From NCBI GenBank assembly GCA_013178015.1, contig JABLXR010000031.1:21108-85107 (forward strand): 64,000 bases of DNA. Reading direction: 5' to 3'. A program made the translations under genes and the position numbers. The stretch's first letter is position 1; every line of letters begins with the position of its first letter. Under the pieces are notes generated by a model. That model did not search any database, was not told the DNA's origin, and saw only the letters and a list, made by a program, of their open reading frames with translations. The DNA is from Anaerolineae bacterium. GTDB lineage: Bacteria; Chloroflexota; Anaerolineae; DRVO01. Positions 45,129 through 55,598 of this stretch are shown here, one piece after another.

Positions 45129-45340
45129 TGCCCCAGCGCTTCGACAACGCCCTAGCCGTAGGGGCGAACCTTGTGTTCGCCCGCAGTATTCTCCAGTAGT
45201 CATCTCTGGTGGCCTGCCGCAGCACTGTGACAACGCCCTAGCCGTAGGGGCGAACCTTGTGTTCGCCCGCAGTATTCTCCAGTAGTCATCTCCAGTGGCC
45301 TGCCACAGGACTTTGACGACGCCCTACCCCCTTGGGGCAT
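45129..45340. repeat. about 90-bp tandem direct repeat (about 2.5 copies), each with an internal hairpin GGGGCGAAC-cttgt-GTTCGCCCC
   Basis: The sequence cgacaacgccctagccgtaggggcgaaccttgtgttcgcccgcagtattctccagtagtcatctc occurs twice nearly identically (about 45150-45215 and 45233-45298), with a diverged third partial copy. Confidence 0.5.
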
Positions 45341-45645
45341 ATGGGGCAAGCTTGCCGCGAAGTGGCAGATGGACTCAAGCAGCGCACGAAGACAGCGCCC
45401 TCATACAGCCTGGGGTTAGCGAGGAGGCGTTCCCGGCGCTTGAGCCCGCCGTGCAGGGAGCAAGTTGCACTGGCCCCTGGCCCCGGCGGCAGGGAGCGAG
45501 CGATCTCAGTCTCGCAGTGAACACGTCCGACGGCCCTGCAGCCATCGGCAACTCCTGAGGGTCGGGTTTCTCAAGCCCTACAATGCCTCAGAGCTGCCGC
45601 GATATCCACATCCCAAGAGTGGGGTACCGCAAGGTCCGGTGGCTT

Positions 45646-45674
45646 TTGACACCACTCCGCGCCCCCGATATAAT
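45646..45674 (+). promoter_or_regulatory. consensus sigma70 promoter TTGACA-N17-TATAAT upstream of rplU
   Basis: Exact matches to both hexamers with a 17-nt spacer, ending about 33 nt upstream of the rplU GTG. Confidence 0.5.
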
Positions 45675-45707
45675 CGTTGGGTTGAGCTACTGAGGAGGAC
45701 CGCACCC

Positions 45708-46019
45708 GTGTATGCTGTCATAGAGAGCGGCTCGAAGCAGTACCGGGTCGAACCAGGAATGGTCGTGGAGGTGGATCGCCTCTCGGCAAACCCAGGTGAA
45801 GAAGTCGTGTTCGACCGCGTGCTTTTGGCTAGCGACGGCCGTGACGTCTCCATAGGCACCCCGGTGGTGGACGGCGCTCGCGTCACTGGCGAGGTAGTGG
45901 GACAGCACCGCAGCCGCAAGATCGTGGTTTTCAAGTACAAGCCGAAGCAGCGCTACCGGGTCAGAGGCAGCCAGAGACGGGCCGTTACCCGGGTGCGCAT
46001 CACTGGAGTATCAGTCTAG
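45708..46019 (+). CDS. rplU: 50S ribosomal protein L21
   Basis: A GTG start follows GAGGAGG. The sequence (M)YAVIESGSKQYRVEPGMVVEVDRL… is typical of L21. The ORF from 45465 is an over-extension. Confidence 0.9.
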   Translation: MYAVIESGSKQYRVEPGMVVEVDRLSANPGEEVVFDRVLLASDGRDVSIGTPVVDGARVTGEVVGQHRSRKIVVFKYKPKQRYRVRGSQRRAVTRVRITGVSV

Positions 46020-46162
46020 CCTCCCTGGAACATGGGGTTCGTACCCTGCAGGGCAACACGAATAACCGGAACGATGTCGTAAGGCAGACCCCATGTTGGC
46101 CCTCCTGGTGGGGAGAGGTGTCTGCCCTTACGGGCTGTCTTAAGGTCAGAGGGAGATGAGGC

Positions 46163-46432
46163 ATGGCCCACAAGAAAGGTGGCGGGAGCAGCCGCAATGG
46201 CCGCGACACAGCCGGCAAGCGGCTAGGAGTGAAGCTCTTCGGCGGCCAGCTGGCTCGGCCGGGAGCGATCATAGTGCGCCAGCGAGGCACCCGGTTCCAC
46301 CCCGGCCGTAACGTCGGAATGGGGCGGGACTACACGCTGTTCGCGCTGGTGGAAGGCGCCGTTCAGTTTGAGCAGAAGGGCTCGCGTCAGTACGTGAGCG
46401 TGGTGGCTCCGGATTCGGTGGTTGCGGCATGA
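46163..46432 (+). CDS. rpmA: 50S ribosomal protein L27
   Basis: [24 protein letters not shown]…. Confidence 0.95.
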   Translation: MAHKKGGGSSRNGRDTAGKRLGVKLFGGQLARPGAIIVRQRGTRFHPGRNVGMGRDYTLFALVEGAVQFEQKGSRQYVSVVAPDSVVAA

Positions 46433-46674
46433 AGGAAGGCATTCATCCCAAGTACTACAAGAACGCGCAGGTGATCTGTGCCTGCGGCAACACCTGGACC
46501 ACGGGCTCGACCAAAGAGGTGATCCGCACCGATGTGTGCTCTCAGTGCCATCCCTTCTACACCGGAGAGCAGCGTATCGTGGACACCGCAGGCCAGGTGG
46601 ACCGTTTCATGCGTCGCCTGGAGCGGAGCCGTGGAGAGGAGGCCGAGGGACAGCAGGAGCAGGCGGCCGAGTGA
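46429..46674 (+). CDS. rpmE: 50S ribosomal protein L31 (zinc-ribbon type)
   Basis: [10 protein letters not shown]…CACGN…[10 protein letters not shown]. The start overlaps the rpmA stop (ATGA). Confidence 0.9.
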   Translation: MKEGIHPKYYKNAQVICACGNTWTTGSTKEVIRTDVCSQCHPFYTGEQRIVDTAGQVDRFMRRLERSRGEEAEGQQEQAAE

Positions 46675-46708
46675 ACCTCGCTCCGAGCGCAATTGTCCAC
46701 GCCTGACC

Positions 46709-47650
46709 ATGAGCGACCGTCGGCCTCGATCATGTGATACTGCCCAGCCCGCCAACTACGGCGGGCAGGCTGTTATTGAGGGGGTGATGATGCGTAACCG
46801 CGAGCGGATGGCGATCGCGGTCCGTCGCCCCGATGGCGGTATCGAGATCCGCACCGAACCTATGGGTGCCGCCTACCGATCCCGCTGGGCTTCCTGGCCT
46901 TTCGTCCGTGGCCTCTTCACTCTGTGGGACTCGCTGGTCATCGGCATGCGGGCCCTCATGTTCTCGGCCGACGTGGCTGCGGGGGAAGAGGTGGAGCTGG
47001 GCGGGCCGCTCATGTGGGGTACTATGGGGGTGTCGCTGGCCCTGGGCCTTGGGCTGTTCTTCGCCCTGCCTGCCCTTGTCACCTCTTTGATCGAGAGCCT
47101 AGTGCCTGCCGCCTGGGCAACCAACCTGGCCGAAGGCCTCGTCCGCCTACTTCTCTTTCTGGGATACCTGGTTGCGATTTCCCGCATCGAGGACATCGAG
47201 CGCGTGTTTGCCTACCATGGGGCAGAGCACAAGGTGATCAATGCCTACGAGGCGGGAGAACCGCTCGAGACCAACGCTGTCCGTCGCCACAGCGTAACCC
47301 ACGCCCGCTGCGGCACCGCCTTCCTGCTTATAGTGGTTATGGTTTCAGTACTGGTGTTCGGGTTCCTCGGCCGCCCACCACTTCCCCTTCTTCTGGCGAG
47401 CCGGCTCGTTCTGATTCCAGTGATCGTGTCCGTTTCTTACGAGCTAGTGCGTGTGGCCTCCCGCCACCGCGATAACCTGTTGGCGCGCCTGCTGGTGAGC
47501 CCTTCGCTCCGCCTGCAGGCCCTCACCACACGACCGCCCTCGGATGACATGATCGAGGTCGCGCTGGCGGCACTTCGGCAAGTCCTCGACTCGGCACCCG
47601 AGACACCGCCCGCACCATCGTCAGCAGAAGCGCCAGCCACCACCGCCTAG
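46709..47650 (+). CDS. DUF1385 (YqhQ-like) membrane protein
   Basis: The ATG at 46709 is followed by the conserved YGGQAVIEGVMMR and by TM helices. The ORF from 46532 is an over-extension. Confidence 0.8.
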   Translation: MSDRRPRSCDTAQPANYGGQAVIEGVMMRNRERMAIAVRRPDGGIEIRTEPMGAAYRSRWASWPFVRGLFTLWDSLVIGMRALMFSADVAAGEEVELGGPLMWGTMGVSLALGLGLFFALPALVTSLIESLVPAAWATNLAEGLVRLLLFLGYLVAISRIEDIERVFAYHGAEHKVINAYEAGEPLETNAVRRHSVTHARCGTAFLLIVVMVSVLVFGFLGRPPLPLLLASRLVLIPVIVSVSYELVRVASRHRDNLLARLLVSPSLRLQALTTRPPSDDMIEVALAALRQVLDSAPETPPAPSSAEAPATTA

Positions 47651-49305
47651 CCAGCTCGAGCGCTCCCACCCCCGTCGAGTGCTCCCTCATCCGAGGCCGT
47701 CGCTCCCCGCTCATCTGCTTCCTCGACCTCGCGCCGTCCCAAACCCTTGACGAGGGCGTATTCCAGGCTGTCCGCCAGCGCGATCCAGGAAGCCTCGATG
47801 ATGTTCGCCGAGCTGCCCACCGTAGTCCATTTGCGGTATCCGTCGGTGGAGTCAATCAGGACCCGCGTGACTGCCGCAGTGCCGCTGGCCTCGTTCAGTA
47901 TGCGTACCTTGAAGTCAGTCAGGTGCACGCTCGCCAACTGGGGATAGAGGGGCACGAGTGCCTTGCGTGTAGCCTGGTCCAGCGCGTTCACCGGCCCCTC
48001 TCCCTCGGCCGCGGTCAGGAAGGTATCCCCGTTCACCTGCAACTTGACGGTGGCCTCCGCTAGCAACCCTCTGCCCCGGCGCCTTTCCACCAGCACCATG
48101 AAGTCAACCAACTCGAAGGGCGGACGGTATCCGTCCAGGGCTCGAAGCATCATGAGCTCGACCGAGCCCTCTGCCCCCTCGAAGGCAAAACCCCGCGACT
48201 CAAGGCCCTTGATCCGCTCCAGGATCGCTCGCAACGCCTCCTCGTCCAGATGTCCGGCCAGCCCAAACTCCTGAGCCTTGCGCAGGATGTTGCTGCGACC
48301 GGACAGCTCCGACACCAGGATCCGCTTGTGGTTGCCCACCAGCTCCGGATCCACATGCTGGAAGCTGCGCTCCGTCTTCATCATGGCGTCAACATGCATG
48401 CCGCCCTTGTGGGCGAAAGCGCTGGTTCCGACATATGGCATGGTCGGGCTGGGGGCCATGTTGGCCAGCTCGGCCACGTACCGCGACAGGTCTGTGAGGT
48501 GGGCCAAAGATTCCGGCGATACTGCCTGGCGGCCCATCTTGAGCTGCAGGCTCGGAATGATGGTGCACAGGTTGGCATTGCCGCAGCGCTCGCCGTAGCC
48601 GTTGATCGTCCCCTGCAGGTGGGTGGCACCTGCCTCCACCGCTGCCAGCGTGTTGGCAACCGCCAGATCGCCGTCGTTGTGGCAGTGGATGCCGATGGGC
48701 AGGTCGGTCGTCTGCCGCACCCTCTTGGTGATCTCCGACACCTCCGCTACCAACGAACCACCATTGGTATCGCATAGCACCAGGGTGGAGGCGCCACCTC
48801 GCACAGCCGCCTGGAGCGTCTCCAGAGCGTACTCCGGATTAGCCTTGTATCCATCAAAGAAGTGCTCGGCATCAAAGATCACCTCGCGGCCATGGGAGCG
48901 CAACAGGGCCACGCTCTGCTCGATCATCCGCAGGTTGTTATCCAGGGTGGTGCGAAGCACCTCGAACACGTGCAAGTCCCAGCTCTTGCCGAAGATCGCC
49001 ACGGCTGGCGTCTCCGCTTCCAGAAGCATGCGGAGGTTGGCATCGTCCTCAGCCGCCACGCTCGCCCTGCAGGTGCTGCCGAACGCGGTGAGGACCGCAT
49101 TCTCCAGGTGGAGGTGGCGGGCCGCCTGAAAGAACTCGACGTCCTTAGGGTTCGATCCTGGCCACCCACCCTCGATGTAGTGCACCCCGAACCGGTCTAG
49201 CCGGCGAGCCACCTTGATCTTGTCGTCCAGCGAGAACGAAATGCCTTCCTGCTGGGCGCCATCCCTCAGAGTAGTGTCGTAGAGGATGATCCGATCCATG
49301 CCCAC
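47647..49305 (-). CDS. cimA: (R)-citramalate synthase-type LeuA homolog (2-isopropylmalate/homocitrate/citramalate synthase family)
   Basis: The N-terminus MGMDRIILYDTTLRDGAQQEGISFSLDDKIKVARRLDRFGVHYIEGGWPGSNPKD matches the CimA-type subfamily signature (GWPG.NPKD). The protein is 552 aa. It is distinct from the canonical leuA present in the same operon. Confidence 0.75.
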   Translation of the reverse strand: MGMDRIILYDTTLRDGAQQEGISFSLDDKIKVARRLDRFGVHYIEGGWPGSNPKDVEFFQAARHLHLENAVLTAFGSTCRASVAAEDDANLRMLLEAETPAVAIFGKSWDLHVFEVLRTTLDNNLRMIEQSVALLRSHGREVIFDAEHFFDGYKANPEYALETLQAAVRGGASTLVLCDTNGGSLVAEVSEITKRVRQTTDLPIGIHCHNDGDLAVANTLAAVEAGATHLQGTINGYGERCGNANLCTIIPSLQLKMGRQAVSPESLAHLTDLSRYVAELANMAPSPTMPYVGTSAFAHKGGMHVDAMMKTERSFQHVDPELVGNHKRILVSELSGRSNILRKAQEFGLAGHLDEEALRAILERIKGLESRGFAFEGAEGSVELMMLRALDGYRPPFELVDFMVLVERRRGRGLLAEATVKLQVNGDTFLTAAEGEGPVNALDQATRKALVPLYPQLASVHLTDFKVRILNEASGTAAVTRVLIDSTDGYRKWTTVGSSANIIEASWIALADSLEYALVKGLGRREVEEADERGATASDEGALDGGGSARAG

Positions 49306-49326
49306 CTCACCAGCCGCGTGCTAATC

Positions 49327-50253
49327 CTACTCCCAAAGTGGCGTGAGCCACCCATGCCTGTCTGGAACCCGCCCCTGCACGATCTCGAAGAAGGCCGACT
49401 GAAGGGCCTCGGTTATCGGCCCGCGCTCTCCACTGCCCACGCTGATCTTGTCCACCGAGCGAATCGGAGTGATCTCCGCTGCCGTGCCGGAGAAGAACAG
49501 CTCGTCGGCCAGGTAAAGCATCTCGCGGGTGAGAACAGACTCCTGCAGGTCGTAGCCTAGGTCGCGGGCAAGAACCATGACACAGTCGCGGGTTATCCCT
49601 CCCAGCACCGAGTTGGACAGCGGCGGAGTGTAGATTCGCCCCTTCTTCACCAGGAACAGGTTCTCGCCACTACCCTCGGATACGTACCCGTTTGTGTCGA
49701 GCACGATGGCCTCGGCGTAGCCATTCTCCAGCGCCTCCATCTTGATCAGCTGGGAGTTGGCATAGTTGGCCGCCGACTTGGCGAGAGTGGGAAAGGTGTT
49801 GGGAGCCGCTCGGTGCCAAGACGAGACGCAGACGTGAATGCCCTTCTCGATGGCATCCGCCCCCAGATAGGCGCCCCATTCCCAGGTGGCGATGGCCACC
49901 TGCATGGCACAGCCTCTCGGGTCCACCCCCATTTCACGGTACTCGCGCATGGCCAGCGGACGAATGTAGCAGCCCCTGTGGCCGTTCGCCCGCACCGTGT
50001 CCTTCACCGCCTGCCGCAACTCCTCCAGGCTGTAGCGGATGGGCATGCGGTAGATCTTGGCCGAGTCCAGCAGGCGCTGCAGGTGCTCGTCCAGCCGGAA
50101 GCCGGCCGGGCCTTCCGGCAAGGGGTAGGCACGCATCCCCTCGAACACCGCCGAACCGTAGTGCAACGCGTGAGTCAAGACGTGCACCTTGGCCTCGGCC
50201 CAGGGAACCAGTTCGCCGTCGAACCAGATGTACTTCGCCTCAGGTATGGGCAT
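49327..50253 (-). CDS. ilvE: branched-chain amino acid aminotransferase
   Basis: A 308-aa PLP fold type IV protein (…YIWFDGELVPWAEAKVHVLTHALHYGSAVFEG…). Confidence 0.9.
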   Translation of the reverse strand: MPIPEAKYIWFDGELVPWAEAKVHVLTHALHYGSAVFEGMRAYPLPEGPAGFRLDEHLQRLLDSAKIYRMPIRYSLEELRQAVKDTVRANGHRGCYIRPLAMREYREMGVDPRGCAMQVAIATWEWGAYLGADAIEKGIHVCVSSWHRAAPNTFPTLAKSAANYANSQLIKMEALENGYAEAIVLDTNGYVSEGSGENLFLVKKGRIYTPPLSNSVLGGITRDCVMVLARDLGYDLQESVLTREMLYLADELFFSGTAAEITPIRSVDKISVGSGERGPITEALQSAFFEIVQGRVPDRHGWLTPLWE

Positions 50254-50294
50254 GCTCTGCCTCCTTGATTAGTGCCTTGTGACGCACGCCCCGG

Positions 50295-51374
50295 TTAGCC
50301 GCCGATACGCTCGGCCACCAGGGTACCCATGGCATCCGTCCCTACGCGCACTTCCTCCGCCGACCCGCTGTGAATGTCCCGGGTGCGGTATCCCTCGGCC
50401 AGGACCCGCTCCACCGCCAGCTCCACCGCGGTCGCCTCTTCCTCCAGCCCGAGAGAGTGGCGCAAGAGCATGGCGGCGCTGAGAACGGTGGCCAGGGGGT
50501 TGGCTACGTCCAAGCCGGTGTACTTGGGCGCTGATCCATGTATCGGTTCATACAGTCCTAGCTTGCCCCCTCCCAAGGAGGCGGAGGGCAGCATCCCCAT
50601 GGACCCCGCGATCATCGAGGCTTCATCCGTCAGGATGTCCCCAAACATGTTGCCCATCACCAGGACGTCGAAGGTGCTCGGGCGGCGCACCAGGAACATG
50701 GCGCAGGCGTCCACCAGTACGTGCTCGGTCTCCAGGTGGGGATACTCGGAAAACACCCCGGCCGCCACCTCGCGCCACAGACGCGAAACCTCCAACACGT
50801 TGGCCTTGTCTACCGACGACACCAGCTTGCGACGTCGCCCCGCTAGATCACAGGCGAACCGGACTACCCGTTCGATCTCGTTCGCGGCATAGTCCATGGT
50901 GTCGTAGGCCCGCTCCACGCCATTCTCCCGATAGCGACCGCGCTTGCCGAAGTAGATGCCTCCCGTCAATTCGCGTACCACCACCAGATCTACGTCGGCC
51001 ACCACCTCCGGCCTCAGGGGAGATGCGTGCAGCAGGTGAGGGCTGACCTTAACCGGCCTCAGGTTGGCGAAAAGATCCAGCAACTTGCGCAAGCCCAGCA
51101 GCCCCTGTTCGGGCCGGACAGCTGCGCGCGGGTCATCCCACTTCGGGCCGCCCACGGCCCCCAATAGCACCGCATCGCTGGCCTGGCACAGCTCCGCCGT
51201 CTCATCCGGCAAAGCCGTGCCAAACTGGTCGATGGCGATGCCACCGATGGGTGCCTCCTGGACCTCGAAGTCGTGCCCAAACACTGCGGCCACACGGTTC
51301 AGCACCTTGAGGCCCTGCCTGACGATCTCCGGTCCGATCCCATCACCCGGTAGTGCGGCGAGCTTGGCTTGCAT
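50295..51374 (-). CDS. leuB: 3-isopropylmalate dehydrogenase
   Basis: The ATG at 51374 is followed by [18 protein letters not shown]…. The ORF extending to 51908 overlaps leuD in another frame and is rejected. Confidence 0.9.
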   Translation of the reverse strand: MQAKLAALPGDGIGPEIVRQGLKVLNRVAAVFGHDFEVQEAPIGGIAIDQFGTALPDETAELCQASDAVLLGAVGGPKWDDPRAAVRPEQGLLGLRKLLDLFANLRPVKVSPHLLHASPLRPEVVADVDLVVVRELTGGIYFGKRGRYRENGVERAYDTMDYAANEIERVVRFACDLAGRRRKLVSSVDKANVLEVSRLWREVAAGVFSEYPHLETEHVLVDACAMFLVRRPSTFDVLVMGNMFGDILTDEASMIAGSMGMLPSASLGGGKLGLYEPIHGSAPKYTGLDVANPLATVLSAAMLLRHSLGLEEEATAVELAVERVLAEGYRTRDIHSGSAEEVRVGTDAMGTLVAERIGG

Positions 51375-51376
51375 GT

Positions 51377-51895
51377 CTACTCCTGCGATCGCTCGGTCTG
51401 GGCCAGGCCCAGGTCGCGGCGGGTCTTCTCCACCAGGCCACCCGCCTCGATGATCTCCATCATGAACTCGGGGTACGGCTGCGACTGGTACACGGCGCCG
51501 GTGTCCAGGTTCTCGATCCTGCCGGACTCCAGGTCCACCTGCAGCCGTTGCCCGTCCTCCGTACCGGCAACGGCCTCGGGCGAAACCAGGATGGGAAGCC
51601 CAATGTTGATGGCGTTGCGGTAGAAGATGCGGGCGAAGCTCTCCGCTATCACCGCGCTCACGCCCGCTGCCTTGATGGCCAGCGGTGCATGCTCGCGCGA
51701 GGATCCGCAACCGAAGTTCGGCCCCGCCACTATCATGTCGCCTCTCCGAACCGCTGCAGCGAAGCGGCCGTCTAGGTCCTCCATGCAGTGGCCAGCTAGC
51801 TGATCCGGTTCGGAGACGTTCAGGTAGCGAGCCGGTATGATGGCGTCTGTGTCCACGTTTGCCCCGTACTTCCACGCCCTTCCTTGCAGCTTCAT
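51377..51895 (-). CDS. leuD: 3-isopropylmalate dehydratase small subunit
   Basis: 172 aa. …[14 protein letters not shown]…. Confidence 0.9.
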   Translation of the reverse strand: MKLQGRAWKYGANVDTDAIIPARYLNVSEPDQLAGHCMEDLDGRFAAAVRRGDMIVAGPNFGCGSSREHAPLAIKAAGVSAVIAESFARIFYRNAINIGLPILVSPEAVAGTEDGQRLQVDLESGRIENLDTGAVYQSQPYPEFMMEIIEAGGLVEKTRRDLGLAQTERSQE

Positions 51896-53238
51896 CGAGA
51901 TTCCCCACCTCCAGAGGCTACCACTCGATCAAGTACTCTCATGACCTCGTCGTAGCTCGCTTCCAGCTCGACAGGGGAGTTGGCGTAGCGCGACTGCACG
52001 CCCGGCAGCGACCGTTGGTGGTAGCCCACCTTGAAGTCCGTGAACTTGAGGCCGTGAGCGGTGCTGACCACGATTACCCTGTCGCTACTGCCGATGTCCC
52101 CCCGCTCCACCATCTTGAACAGAACTGCTAACGCCACGCCCGTATGAGGGCAGGTGTACATGCCCGTCCGGTCCGCCCGGGCAGCGGCGTTGGCCAGTTC
52201 GTCCTCGCTGGCCTGCTCCACCACCCCGTCGAACTGGCGCAAGACCTTGACCGCCCGCTCGTAACTCACCGGGTTGCCGATCTGGATGGCGCTCGCCAGC
52301 GTCCGCTGCGCCTGGACCGGGCGGTACTGCTGGAACCCGGTCAGGTAGCTCAGGTACAGAGGGTTGGCCCGTTCCGACTGAGCGCACACCAGCCGAGGGA
52401 GCTTACTGATGAGCCCCAGCTCCCTCATGAGCAGCAGCCCCTTGCCGATGGCGCTGACGTTGCCCAGGTTCCCCACGGGGATGATGATGAAGTCGGGCAC
52501 CTCCCAATCGAATTGCTGCACCATCTCCACGCCCACGGTCTTCTGCCCTTCCATGCGCAGCGGGTTCATGGAGTTGGCCAGGTAGATGGTCTTGTCTTCG
52601 GCTACCCTCTGCACGATGGCCATGCACCCGTCGAAATCGGTGTCCAGAGATAGAACCACCGCCCCATTGGACATGGGCTGCACCAGTTGGCCGGTGGACA
52701 CCTTGTCCTTCGGCAGGATGACAATCGTCGGTATCCCCGCCGCCGCCCCGTACGCCGCCAGAGCAGCCGAGGTGTCCCCCGTAGAAGCACAGGCCACGGC
52801 CCGTATGGGCACGCCATCGGCGATCATCTGCTTCACCGAGGAGATCAGGACCGTCATGCCCAGGTCCTTGAACGAGCCGGTGTGGCTGTTGCCGCACAAC
52901 TTGACCCATAGGTCGGGGACACCGATCTCCTTGCCCAGCCGCTCGGCCCAGAACAGGTTGGTATGGCCCTCGTACATGGAGACGACGTTGTCGTTCTCCA
53001 CCCAGGGGGCCACCCATTCCTTCTTGCCCCACACGCCACTGCCGTACGGCCATTCGTTGGTCCGCAGCCGGTCGTAGAAGAGACGCATCCAGGCCGCGGG
53101 CGAGCGCCTCTTGAGCTCCTCCACATCGTGCTCCACGTCGAGGAGCCCGCCACATTCCTCGCACCGGTAGACTACCTCGCCGATGGCGTACCTTCGGCCA
53201 CAGCCCCTGACGCACTCCAACCAGGCACGATAGGCCAC
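51892..53238 (-). CDS. thrC: threonine synthase with N-terminal zinc-ribbon
   Basis: PLP-lysine motif [11 protein letters not shown]-terminal Cys4 ribbon (C..C…C..C). 448 aa. Embedded within the leu genes. Confidence 0.85.
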   Translation of the reverse strand: MAYRAWLECVRGCGRRYAIGEVVYRCEECGGLLDVEHDVEELKRRSPAAWMRLFYDRLRTNEWPYGSGVWGKKEWVAPWVENDNVVSMYEGHTNLFWAERLGKEIGVPDLWVKLCGNSHTGSFKDLGMTVLISSVKQMIADGVPIRAVACASTGDTSAALAAYGAAAGIPTIVILPKDKVSTGQLVQPMSNGAVVLSLDTDFDGCMAIVQRVAEDKTIYLANSMNPLRMEGQKTVGVEMVQQFDWEVPDFIIIPVGNLGNVSAIGKGLLLMRELGLISKLPRLVCAQSERANPLYLSYLTGFQQYRPVQAQRTLASAIQIGNPVSYERAVKVLRQFDGVVEQASEDELANAAARADRTGMYTCPHTGVALAVLFKMVERGDIGSSDRVIVVSTAHGLKFTDFKVGYHQRSLPGVQSRYANSPVELEASYDEVMRVLDRVVASGGGESR

Positions 53239-53248
53239 AGGGTGTCTC

Positions 53249-54265
53249 CTACCTCAACCCCATCTCGATCATCTTCTCCGCTATCTGCACCGCGTTCAGC
53301 GCCGCTCCCTTGCGTATGTTGTCCGCCACCACCCACAAGTCCAAGGCGTTCTCTGCACTCGGGTCCTGGCGGATGCGCCCGACCATCACCTCATCTCGGC
53401 CCGATGCGGCGCGCGGCGTGGGATAGAGCGCCTCCTCCGGCTTGTCCACGACCAGGACGCCCGGAGCGCGCGCTAGCACTTCTCTCGCTTCCTCCGCCGA
53501 AATGGGAAGCTCGAATTGCACATTCACGGCCTCGCTGTGACCACTGAAGACCGGTACCCGGACACACGTGGCGGTCACGGCCAGGTCGGGCTCCCCGAGG
53601 ATCTTCCGCGTCTCTTTGATCATCTTGATCTCTTCGCCGTAGTAGCCTGGGTACTCGTCCCTCAGGCCGGAGATGTGCGGGAAGCAGTTGAACGCGATCG
53701 GGTGGGGATAGACAGACGGCTCTACCGGTTCGCCACGCAGCACGGTAGCGACCTGATTCATCAACTCGTCCACAGCAGCCTTCCCTGTGCCCGATACCGC
53801 CTGGTAGCTGCTGACCACCACGCGCTTGATGCGAGCCACGCGGTGTAGCGGAGCCAACGCCACCACCATCTGAATGGTGGAGCAGTTGGGGTTGGCCACG
53901 AACCCATGGTGGTTCCGAAGGGCATCCGGATTGACCTCGGGAACCACCAGCGGCACCCGAGAGTCCATCCGGAAGTCGTCACCGTTGTCTATGACAATGG
54001 CCCCCGCTTCAACCGCTCTCCAGCCCCATTCGCGGGAGGCTCCTCTGGCTCCCTCTGTTCCGGCAAAGAAGGCGAAGTCAACGCCCCGAAAACGGTCCAA
54101 GCTGGCAGCGGTGACCTCGTAGGTCTCTCCGTCTATGTCCTCCTCTCGATCCCGGGTGGCCATGATCCGGAGTTCGGACAGAGGGAACTCGCGTTCTTTC
54201 AGGACACGAACGATCTCAGTGCCCACCAGGCCGATCCCTACCAGTGCAACGACGTACTTCCTCAT
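53249..54265 (-). CDS. asd: aspartate-semialdehyde dehydrogenase
   Basis: The ATG at 54265 is followed by [19 protein letters not shown]…, and the active-site Cys lies in …NPNCSTIQ…. The start overlaps the leuC stop (ATGA). The ORF extending to 54433 is an over-extension. Confidence 0.9.
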   Translation of the reverse strand: MRKYVVALVGIGLVGTEIVRVLKEREFPLSELRIMATRDREEDIDGETYEVTAASLDRFRGVDFAFFAGTEGARGASREWGWRAVEAGAIVIDNGDDFRMDSRVPLVVPEVNPDALRNHHGFVANPNCSTIQMVVALAPLHRVARIKRVVVSSYQAVSGTGKAAVDELMNQVATVLRGEPVEPSVYPHPIAFNCFPHISGLRDEYPGYYGEEIKMIKETRKILGEPDLAVTATCVRVPVFSGHSEAVNVQFELPISAEEAREVLARAPGVLVVDKPEEALYPTPRAASGRDEVMVGRIRQDPSAENALDLWVVADNIRKGAALNAVQIAEKMIEMGLR

Positions 54266-54266
54266 G

Positions 54267-55526
54267 TCATAGCTCCTGTGGCGTGCCGATGCGCCCCAGC
54301 ACCGCGGAGGCGGCCGCCACAGCCGGTCCGGCCAGGTATACCTCGCTGGTGCGTGCACCCATCCTGCCCACGAAGTTCCGATTGGTGGTCGACACGCAGC
54401 GCTCACCTTCCGCCAAGACACCCATGTGCCCACCCAGGCAGGGCCCGCACGTGGGGGTGCTCACGGCTGCCCCCGCCTCGATCAGAGCCTCTACCAGACC
54501 TTCGCGTACCGCCTGGAGGTAGATGCTCTGAGTGGCCGGGATGATGATGCAGCGCACGTACGGATGCACTCGGCGCCCTCGCAGCAGTTCCGCTGCCACC
54601 CGGATGTCCTCCATACGCCCGTTGGTGCATGACCCGATCACGACCTGGTCCACACTCACGCCCGACAGCGACTCCGCAGGCGCAGTGTTGCTCGGAAGGT
54701 GCGGCCTCGCCACCGTGAGCGGGATATCGGCCGCATTGTAGTGCCGGACCTCAACGTAGGCGGCATCCGCATCGCTGTCATACGCTCGGTAGGGCTGATT
54801 CGCCCGACCGTCCAGATACCGGCGTGTAGTCTCGTCAACGGCGAACATCCCCGCCTTGCCGCCCGCCTCTATGGCCATGTTGGCCATTGTCAGGCGGCCA
54901 TCCATACTCAGCCCTTCGATGGCCGATCCCCGAAACTCCATGGCCCGATACAGCGCGCCATCCACCCCGATGTCCCCGATGGTATGCAGTATCAGATCTT
55001 TGCCTCCCACCCAGGGTTGCAGTCGGCCGTCTATCACGAAGAGCATGGACTCGGGGACCCGCATCCATATGTGGCCGGTAGCCATGGCCACCGCAATGTC
55101 AGTGGAGCCCATGCCAGTGGCAAATGCGCCCAGGGCTCCGTAGGTACAAGTGTGCGAATCGGCGCCTACTACGAGCTGTCCGGGCAGCACCAGCCCCCGT
55201 TCGGGAAGCAAGGCGTGTTCGATGCCCACTTGGCCCACGTCATAGAAGTTCGGCACGGCCTGCTCGCGGGCGAACTGCCGCACCTGTTTGCACTGCTCCG
55301 CCGAGCTGATGTCCTTGTTGGGAGTGAAGTGATCGCACACCAGCGAGATCTTCGCCGGATCGAACACCCGCCTCACCCCTATGCGATGGAACTCGCGAAT
55401 GGCGATGGGCGCGGTGATGTCGTTGGCCAGCACCATGTCTACCGCCGCCTCAACGAATTCGCCCGCGCCGACCTGGTCCCGACCGCTGTGGGCGGCCAGG
55501 ATCTTCTCCGAGATCGTCATGCCCAT
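54267..55526 (-). CDS. leuC: 3-isopropylmalate dehydratase large subunit (aconitase family)
   Basis: 419 aa. MGMTISEKILAAHSG…. Fe-S Cys ligands in …GSCTNGR… and …TCGPCLG…. Confidence 0.9.
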   Translation of the reverse strand: MGMTISEKILAAHSGRDQVGAGEFVEAAVDMVLANDITAPIAIREFHRIGVRRVFDPAKISLVCDHFTPNKDISSAEQCKQVRQFAREQAVPNFYDVGQVGIEHALLPERGLVLPGQLVVGADSHTCTYGALGAFATGMGSTDIAVAMATGHIWMRVPESMLFVIDGRLQPWVGGKDLILHTIGDIGVDGALYRAMEFRGSAIEGLSMDGRLTMANMAIEAGGKAGMFAVDETTRRYLDGRANQPYRAYDSDADAAYVEVRHYNAADIPLTVARPHLPSNTAPAESLSGVSVDQVVIGSCTNGRMEDIRVAAELLRGRRVHPYVRCIIIPATQSIYLQAVREGLVEALIEAGAAVSTPTCGPCLGGHMGVLAEGERCVSTTNRNFVGRMGARTSEVYLAGPAVAAASAVLGRIGTPQEL

Positions 55527-55598
55527 GGGTGTCTTCCCGCCCTCTGGTTTATGTGCCAGGCGGCGGGAGGCGCCGCCCAGGCCACCTCCCGCCTCTCT

